Source: Clostridia bacterium (GTDB taxonomy: Bacteria; Bacillota; Clostridia; Christensenellales; CAG-917). Taken from it: 32,046 nt of DNA. A program made the translations under genes and the position numbers. The DNA is taken from NCBI GenBank assembly GCA_017500745.1, contig JAFVYE010000044.1:1-32046 (forward strand), read 5' to 3'. The notes beneath the pieces were generated by a model that was given only the letters and a program-made list of their open reading frames with translations, was not told where the DNA came from and searched no databases. The number at the start of each line of letters is the position of its first letter. Position 1 is the first letter of the stretch. This document shows positions 26,784-32,046 of this stretch, one piece after another.

Positions 26784-27478
26784 TGGATGCAAAAAAGGTC
26801 ACGGCAATAGTCACAAGGGCGGTGCCTTACGGCGACACGGATATGATCATCACCCTCGTATCACTTGAAGAGGGCAAGCTTACCGTCACCGCAAAGGGCT
26901 GTTTGAAGCCCAAGGCAAAACTGCGCTATGCCACCGAGCCCATGAACTTTGGCGAGTATATGCTGGCGGGACGCCCAGAGCGTCTTGTCCTTGCAGACTG
27001 CGCTCAAATTGACAGCTTTTCGCCAATTACGTTGGACATTGAAAAGTACTATGCTTCCGCCCTCATCCTTGAAGGATTGCAAAAGCTGTCCCCCGAGAGT
27101 CAACCCATGCTTTTCAAGCATGCAATAGAGGTGCTCAAAGCCCTTGCGTACGAGGGCAAAGGAGCAGAGGAAGGCGTGAGAGATTTTCTTCTTTACGCTC
27201 TTCGTGACAACGGCTACACCGTGGATTTTGCCACCTGCAACAGTTGCGGTTGCGTCCTTGACGGCGAAGCGGTGTTTTCAGAAAAAGACGGCATAGTTTG
27301 TCCTCATTGTGCCGACTATCAAGGTGTGGGCATAGACAGCTACACACGTGCTTATTTAAGCGGAGAGGACAACATCCCAACAACACTCAAAAACAAAGCC
27401 AATATGACCTTGTCTGAAATTGTATTTCAGGTGCTTGGGCTCAGACTTGGCAAGCATTATTTCACGGAGATTTTATGA
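26783..27478 (+). CDS. recO: DNA repair protein RecO
   Basis: It sits after era. There is an N-terminal OB-fold region (AIVTRAVPYGDTDMIITLVS..GKL) and a zinc-finger CNSCGC...CPHC. The start overlaps the era stop (TAATG). Confidence 0.88.
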   Translation: MDAKKVTAIVTRAVPYGDTDMIITLVSLEEGKLTVTAKGCLKPKAKLRYATEPMNFGEYMLAGRPERLVLADCAQIDSFSPITLDIEKYYASALILEGLQKLSPESQPMLFKHAIEVLKALAYEGKGAEEGVRDFLLYALRDNGYTVDFATCNSCGCVLDGEAVFSEKDGIVCPHCADYQGVGIDSYTRAYLSGEDNIPTTLKNKANMTLSEIVFQVLGLRLGKHYFTEIL

Positions 27479-29295
27479 AAAAAATCAAGACAGTTGCATT
27501 TATAGTTGTGCTTGCAGTGGTTGCAATGGCATTTGTTGCATGCAACCCAACAGACGTAGGTGGCTATGAAACCTTTACAAACGTCTATGAAAACCACACC
27601 TCAACCACAGAGTTCACTTCATATGAGGTGGCAATTGAAAGTTTGCCTGCTGGCTGGTCACTCTATTCACCCACAACCACTTCAACCGAGTTCAAAAACT
27701 CAAACAGCGGTTACGTCAGCGAATTGGACGGATTTGTGGTCAAAAAGACTCTTGGCTCCTACACCTATCTCAGCATTGTCAAGTGTGGCACAAGCGAGCT
27801 TATGTTCCAAGAAAACCTTGCCATCACAGCATTGAGAGTTGCCAACGGACACATTGTGTTGAAAAGTGCCAATGGAGTCATGTTTGTGACAGACCTCAAC
27901 GGCAAAGTGGTCATCCCTCAAGGCATCATCACGGGGGCAGAGAAGGCAACCATTGACAGTGCTGTGAGAGTTTTGACCAATGAACTCATTGTCACCAACC
28001 CCAACTATGACAAAAATGCAACGGACAACAAGTCCTACACCTGCGTGTATCGTGCGTCAACTGGCAAGCTTGCATGCCGTGTGAAAAACGCCGGTGCAGA
28101 CCTTGCTTGTCTGCAAGGATTTGACAATGATTACATTGTGTCCACAGGCACCAAAGAGGACAACGTTGAAGTCAGCCGTATCTTCCGCATCCCTGCAAGT
28201 GGGGCAGACGTCATCAACATCGCTGGCACAGAGTACGGCTCATATTACTCAAACGGCGAGTCCGACTATTACAACGAAATCACATATATGGGCGATGGCA
28301 AGTTTTTCATCCATGAGGACTGGACTGTTGACAAGGAGGGAGATTACACCTATCACTACAACGATGAGTACGTCAAGGTTGTACGCTTCATCTATTACGC
28401 CAATTTGGACAGCAGAGTTGCCTACAACAGCAACTATTACTTCTTGAACCTTGCCAACCAATATTACGGCAGTGAACGCAACGGCATCGCCAACAAAAAC
28501 TTTTTGCGTGACGGATTCTATTACGCCAGCTATTGCATCTATGTTGACAGCAACAAGGAGGGTTACTATGACCAATTCATCCTTGATGATGGCTTCAACA
28601 TCGTCTATTCATTGTCTGGCAACTTTGGCGCACCCAAGGACACCATCACCGAGGTGGACACCATCTCTTACTATGATCTTGCACTTCTTTTTGTAGACGG
28701 CATTGGCATAGTTCCTCTTCCTTCACACAATCTGCGTGTTGTTGACGACAAGGGCAACACCCTGTTCACCATTGACAAGGCCATCACAAGCGCAGCATAC
28801 AACAACGGCATGATCATTGCAACGTCACTCAACGCAAAGGGTCAAACCGTGTATGCCGTGTACGACATCACAGGCAAAGAGATTGTGCCTTTCTCAAAGG
28901 GCTTTACCGAAATCAATCCTTTCCTTGGCTATTACACTCTTGCCAAACTTGACGGCAAAACCGTGCTTCTTTCAAAGGATGGCAACGTGGTTGAAAAGAT
29001 GAGCGACAATGAAACCGTGCCTTTTGGCGACATTGCACAGACCGCATCAAAGTCCGACATCTACAAACTTGGCAGTTATATGTTTGCAGAAACACGCACC
29101 AGCACAACCACCGGCAAAGAGACCAAATATTACGGCATCAAAAACCTTTCAACTGACGTAAACAGCAACGTTCTTATCCCTGCAAATATGGCCAGCGGAA
29201 GCTTGATGTACGCACCTGCATCCAACCCCAATCAAGTGTACGTCTTTGCCAAGTATGAGGGCAGCGACAGCTTTGTTGTGTACAAGCTCGTTTAA
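27475..29295 (+). CDS. Hypothetical large lipoprotein (606 aa), possibly with WG-like repeats
   Basis: Signal peptide MKKIKTVAFIVVLAVVAMAFVAC. Recurring segments such as NGKVVIPQGI and TGKEIVPFSKGFTEINPF..LAKLDGKTVLLSKDGNVV are reminiscent of WG/KWG repeats; this is weak and judged by eye. The ATG overlaps the recO stop (ATGA). Confidence 0.7.
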   Translation: MKKIKTVAFIVVLAVVAMAFVACNPTDVGGYETFTNVYENHTSTTEFTSYEVAIESLPAGWSLYSPTTTSTEFKNSNSGYVSELDGFVVKKTLGSYTYLSIVKCGTSELMFQENLAITALRVANGHIVLKSANGVMFVTDLNGKVVIPQGIITGAEKATIDSAVRVLTNELIVTNPNYDKNATDNKSYTCVYRASTGKLACRVKNAGADLACLQGFDNDYIVSTGTKEDNVEVSRIFRIPASGADVINIAGTEYGSYYSNGESDYYNEITYMGDGKFFIHEDWTVDKEGDYTYHYNDEYVKVVRFIYYANLDSRVAYNSNYYFLNLANQYYGSERNGIANKNFLRDGFYYASYCIYVDSNKEGYYDQFILDDGFNIVYSLSGNFGAPKDTITEVDTISYYDLALLFVDGIGIVPLPSHNLRVVDDKGNTLFTIDKAITSAAYNNGMIIATSLNAKGQTVYAVYDITGKEIVPFSKGFTEINPFLGYYTLAKLDGKTVLLSKDGNVVEKMSDNETVPFGDIAQTASKSDIYKLGSYMFAETRTSTTTGKETKYYGIKNLSTDVNSNVLIPANMASGSLMYAPASNPNQVYVFAKYEGSDSFVVYKLV

Positions 29296-29360
29296 TTCAA
29301 AGGGCAAAAAATCAACTTTAACCATCAAAAACCACAACATAAAAACATCTTTTTTGCAAT

Positions 29361-30338
29361 ATGACCAAAATTTTGAACGCACACAACGGACTCAAACAAG
29401 GCGCCGAAATCATCAAAAACGGCGGTCTTGTTGTGTTTCCCACCGAGACTGTCTATGGCCTCGGTGCTGACGCATTCAATGAGGAAGCAGTAAAAAAGAT
29501 TTTCAAGGCAAAGGGCAGGCCACAAGACAATCCTCTCATTGTGCACATATCCTCCTTGGAACAAGTAAAGGACATTGCAAGAGAGGTCCCCTCCGCCTTT
29601 TATAAGGTGGCAGAAAAGTATATGCCCGGCCCCATATCAATCATACTGAAAAAGAGTGACAACATTCCCATGACCGTCACCGCAGGGGGAGATACGGTGG
29701 CTGTGCGCATGCCACAAAATCAAATTGCAAGAGATCTCATATCCCTTTCAAGCCCTCTTGCAGCCCCTTCGGCCAACAAGTCAAAGCACGTGTCGCCCAC
29801 AACGGCACAGCACGTCTATGACGACCTCAACGGCGAGGTTGACCTCATCATTGACGGAGGCAGTTGCGCTGTTGGCATAGAAAGCACGGTGCTTGATCTC
29901 ACCACAGACACCCCCACGGTGTTGCGACCGGGCGCCGTCACGGTTGAGATGCTTGGAGAGCTTCTTGGAGAGGTGGCAATGAATGGAAAGGCCATCAAAA
30001 TTGCCAAGTCCCCGGGGATGAAATACACTCACTACGCCCCCAAAGTGCCCACGGTTGTGGCAACCACCATTGAGCATGCTGTGGCAGAGTACGACAAAAC
30101 CATCAGCGAGGGTGGCAATCCCGTGTTGGTCTATCGTGGAATATACGAGAGCATAGACGGCAGAAATCTCATTGACCTTGGTGTCACGGCAGAGGACTAT
30201 GCACGCAACGTATATTCAGCATTGCGGGAGGCAGAAATCAATTTTGACCAGATCATAATTGAGGAGCTTCACGGCGGTGGCATTGAGTACTCTGTGATGA
30301 ACAGAGTCTACAAATCTGCAGGGGAAAAGACGGTGTAA
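29361..30338 (+). CDS. tsaC: L-threonylcarbamoyladenylate synthase (TsaC/Sua5/YwlC type, with C-terminal Sua5 domain)
   Basis: The motifs FPTETVYGLGADAF, KGRPQDNPLIVH and SANKS are present. The 325-aa length indicates the long Sua5 form. Confidence 0.92.
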   Translation: MTKILNAHNGLKQGAEIIKNGGLVVFPTETVYGLGADAFNEEAVKKIFKAKGRPQDNPLIVHISSLEQVKDIAREVPSAFYKVAEKYMPGPISIILKKSDNIPMTVTAGGDTVAVRMPQNQIARDLISLSSPLAAPSANKSKHVSPTTAQHVYDDLNGEVDLIIDGGSCAVGIESTVLDLTTDTPTVLRPGAVTVEMLGELLGEVAMNGKAIKIAKSPGMKYTHYAPKVPTVVATTIEHAVAEYDKTISEGGNPVLVYRGIYESIDGRNLIDLGVTAEDYARNVYSALREAEINFDQIIIEELHGGGIEYSVMNRVYKSAGEKTV

Positions 30339-30339
30339 T

Positions 30340-30780
30340 ATGAAGATCACTTTTGTTTGTGTTGGCAACACCTGTCGCTCCCCAATGCTCAAAGCGCTTT
30401 TTGAGGACTACGCAAAAGCCCACTCCTTTCATTGTCAAGTGGAGAGCGCAGGGCTTTCCGTCACAGATGGCAGGATATCCCATTTCACAGAAAATATGCT
30501 GTTAGAATGCGGGATTTGTGTGCAAAATCAAAACACAACCACTCTTGACAAAGCCCTTGTTGACAGCAGTGACTTGATTGTTGCCGTTGACAAATTCGTG
30601 GCAGAGCGAGTTGTGATTTTTGGAGGGGAAAACAAGGTGTATTCCTTGTCAAGTCCTTTGCTTTTGGGCAGAGATATTATGGATCCATACGGGCAAGGTC
30701 AAGAGGCATATAGAGCGGTTTTTGAGGAGGCAAAGCGTGCTCTCCCCAAGATACTCGCCCTTGCCAAAATGCTTGGTTGA
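30340..30780 (+). CDS. Low-molecular-weight phosphatase, YwlE-like (protein arginine/tyrosine phosphatase)
   Basis: P-loop MKITFVCVGNTCRSPM (CX5R-S) and the DPYG acid loop are present. It follows tsaC, as ywlE follows ywlC in B. subtilis. Confidence 0.88.
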   Translation: MKITFVCVGNTCRSPMLKALFEDYAKAHSFHCQVESAGLSVTDGRISHFTENMLLECGICVQNQNTTTLDKALVDSSDLIVAVDKFVAERVVIFGGENKVYSLSSPLLLGRDIMDPYGQGQEAYRAVFEEAKRALPKILALAKMLG

Positions 30781-30781
30781 A

Positions 30782-31258
30782 TCACAATGCGGATAGGCAA
30801 TCCTTGAACAGCTTTATGTGGATTTCTTCATCAAGGATGATGCGCTCAATCATCATCTTCAAGCAGTCCTGCGACAAGTTCAATATGGTGCGCTCATAGT
30901 TTAAGATGGCGGTTTCCTCGGCGATTATGTTCTGTTTCAAAAATCTTTTTGGGTCAAGAGTGTAGTTGACAAAACTGCCATTCCAGTATGTACGACCCCC
31001 GACAACGGGATATCCTCCAAGCTTTGTAATTGCTTTGCCCAGCATGTCAAAGTGGTGCATCTCCACCAAGGATATTCCTTCAAGGATGGTGGCCAGCTCC
31101 TCGTCTGCCACAAAGTGTTGATAGGTGTAGGTCATGATTGCGGTCATTTCACCGCTGGCTCCGGCATATGAGGGCATCAAAACCTTGCTGTCCCCAAGAT
31201 TTTTGTCCACCACGACGTCAACGTAGGGCAACTCACTTCTGTACAAAGTCAAGTCCAT
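30782..31258 (-). CDS. Ferritin-like / manganese-catalase-family protein (CotJC-like)
   Basis: By eye it aligns with CotJC: SGEMTAIMTYTYQ, the E-x-x-H pairs LVEMHHF and DEEIHIK, and AEETAILNY. AAGGAG lies 5 nt upstream of the ATG at 31258; the track start at 31288 is an unsupported extension. Confidence 0.6.
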   Translation of the reverse strand: MDLTLYRSELPYVDVVVDKNLGDSKVLMPSYAGASGEMTAIMTYTYQHFVADEELATILEGISLVEMHHFDMLGKAITKLGGYPVVGGRTYWNGSFVNYTLDPKRFLKQNIIAEETAILNYERTILNLSQDCLKMMIERIILDEEIHIKLFKDCLSAL

Positions 31259-31364
31259 AGGCACTCCTTTTTGGATAAATATATTCATTTGGCCAGAAAA
31301 GTGTGAAAAATCTTTAAAAATCGCAAAAACATATTAAAATAATGCAATACATTGTGTTTTTTGC

Positions 31365-31393
31365 TTGCCAAATTTGTTTGACTATGCTAAAAT
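31365..31393 (+). promoter_or_regulatory. Extended -10 sigma-A-type promoter for secG
   Basis: TTGCCA (31365-31370), a 17-nt spacer, then TGcTAAAAT (-10 at 31388-31393). The leader carries GGAGG. Confidence 0.6.
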
Positions 31394-31421
31394 CACATAG
31401 ATAATTTTTGGAGGTAACAAA

Positions 31422-31748
31422 ATGCTGAATTCAGTTTTCAACACACTTCTCGCAGCAAACGAGTTCATCAGCAATCCTGGTGGATCAATCGATGCAAGCG
31501 TAAGAAATAATGTTGTTATGGCATTTATGATATTGATGATGATCACAGCAATCGCAATGATCGTCGTCGTTTTGATGCAAAAGGGCACAAATGACAACAT
31601 CGGAGTCATCACTGGCGTTTCAGACACATACTACGGCAAGAACAAGGAACGCAACAAGGCCGGCGTCCTCAAAAAGGTCACCTTTGGTCTCTTTGCATTC
31701 ATCATTGTTTGCGCAGTCATCTGCTTCGTAGTTGCAACTGTGGCATAA
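31422..31748 (+). CDS. secG: Preprotein translocase subunit SecG (with an N-terminal extension of about 30 aa)
   Basis: It has two TM helices flanking a SecG-like loop (VVVLMQKGTNDNIGVITG...YYGKNKERN). GGAGG lies 7 nt upstream. smpB follows, which partly matches the B. subtilis secG...smpB neighbourhood. Confidence 0.75.
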   Translation: MLNSVFNTLLAANEFISNPGGSIDASVRNNVVMAFMILMMITAIAMIVVVLMQKGTNDNIGVITGVSDTYYGKNKERNKAGVLKKVTFGLFAFIIVCAVICFVVATVA

Positions 31749-31764
31749 TTTGGATGAACTTATG

Positions 31765-31796
31765 ACGACTCCGACAATTCGGAGTCGTTTTTTTTA
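31765..31796 (+). terminator. Intrinsic terminator after secG
   Basis: Stem ACGACTCCG (31765-31773) pairs with CGGAGTCGT (31780-31788), followed by a T-run. Confidence 0.88.
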
Positions 31797-31887
31797 TCAA
31801 AAAAGCAGAGACTTAATTTAAGCAGATGGCAATTTGCATTGGGTGCAACACGCATTTTGTCTAAAATAGACAAAAATTCCAATTTGC

Positions 31888-31916
31888 TTGAAAGAGTGTC
31901 AAAACTGTTATATAAT
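31888..31916 (+). promoter_or_regulatory. Sigma-A-type promoter abutting the smpB ATG (leaderless configuration)
   Basis: TTGAAA (31888-31893), a 17-nt spacer, TATAAT (31911-31916), the 7 nt AAAATTT, then ATG (31924). There is no Shine-Dalgarno sequence. Confidence 0.55.
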
Positions 31917-31923
31917 AAAATTT

Positions 31924-32046
31924 ATGAAACTCATCGCAGAAAACAGAAAGGCAAGACACGACTATTTTGTTGAGGACACCTATGAAGCAGGCATAGTGCT
32001 TGTGGGGTGCGAGGTCAAGTCAATCCGTCAAGGAGCAGTCAACCTC
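31924..32046 (+). CDS. smpB: SsrA-binding protein SmpB (3' end cut by the window edge)
   Basis: This ORF is not in the supplied track because it is short and runs off the window. The translation [41 protein letters not shown] matches the conserved SmpB N-terminus. Confidence 0.88.
   Translation, partial: MKLIAENRKARHDYFVEDTYEAGIVLVGCEVKSIRQGAVNL

Noticed and set aside
1-32046. A search for CRISPR repeats, tRNA/rRNA genes, IS elements, integrases, toxin-antitoxin pairs and defence-system signatures.
   Set aside because: I found no regularly spaced direct repeats, no cloverleaf-sized GC-rich spacers, and no transposase, recombinase or nuclease-like ORFs. All sizeable ORFs are housekeeping genes or envelope proteins. 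tmRNA would be expected downstream of smpB, beyond the window.

Overview
This window looks like core chromosome from a Gram-positive spore-forming bacterium, probably Bacillota and Clostridia-like. That assignment rests on gene content, AGGAGG-type ribosome-binding sites, TTGACA-17-TAtAAT promoters, lipoboxes, and synteny with the Bacillus subtilis yqf and ywl regions. I found no tRNA or rRNA genes, CRISPR arrays, transposases, integrases, or obvious defence or mobile modules.

Gene order, left to right:
- yebC' - nifS - nifU
- A leaderless lipoprotein gene on the minus strand, and a 44-aa membrane peptide boxed in by two bidirectional terminators
- A membrane-anchored S1 serine protease (minus strand)
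- degV - apbE - NusG-domain-II protein - Gx transporter
- A leaderless small membrane protein, an unknown 442-aa anchored protein, and murG (all minus strand)
- An alpha/beta hydrolase
- A type IIA topoisomerase B/A pair, then DUF1846, pepF, a lipoprotein and dnaB
- The conserved block yqfC - yqfD - phoH - 7TM-HD hydrolase - ybeY - era - recO, plus a coupled 606-aa lipoprotein
- tsaC and a YwlE-like phosphatase
- A CotJC-like ferritin-fold protein (minus strand)
- secG and smpB'

I do not see a clear-cut novel multi-gene system. The observations most worth following up are:
- DnaB has a 69-aa acidic C-terminal tail that ends in an SSB-like DELPF tip.
- The topoisomerase A subunit mixes GyrA and ParC signatures and has no GyrA box. 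Its promoter is flanked by alternating purine-pyrimidine TGCGTGCGC repeats.
- Three genes have near-consensus promoters sitting 6-7 nt from the ATG, which suggests leaderless mRNAs.
- Several uncharacterised envelope proteins are translationally coupled to housekeeping genes (murG, recO, pepF/dnaB).

All functional calls come from motif-level recognition of the translated ORFs. No database search was run.
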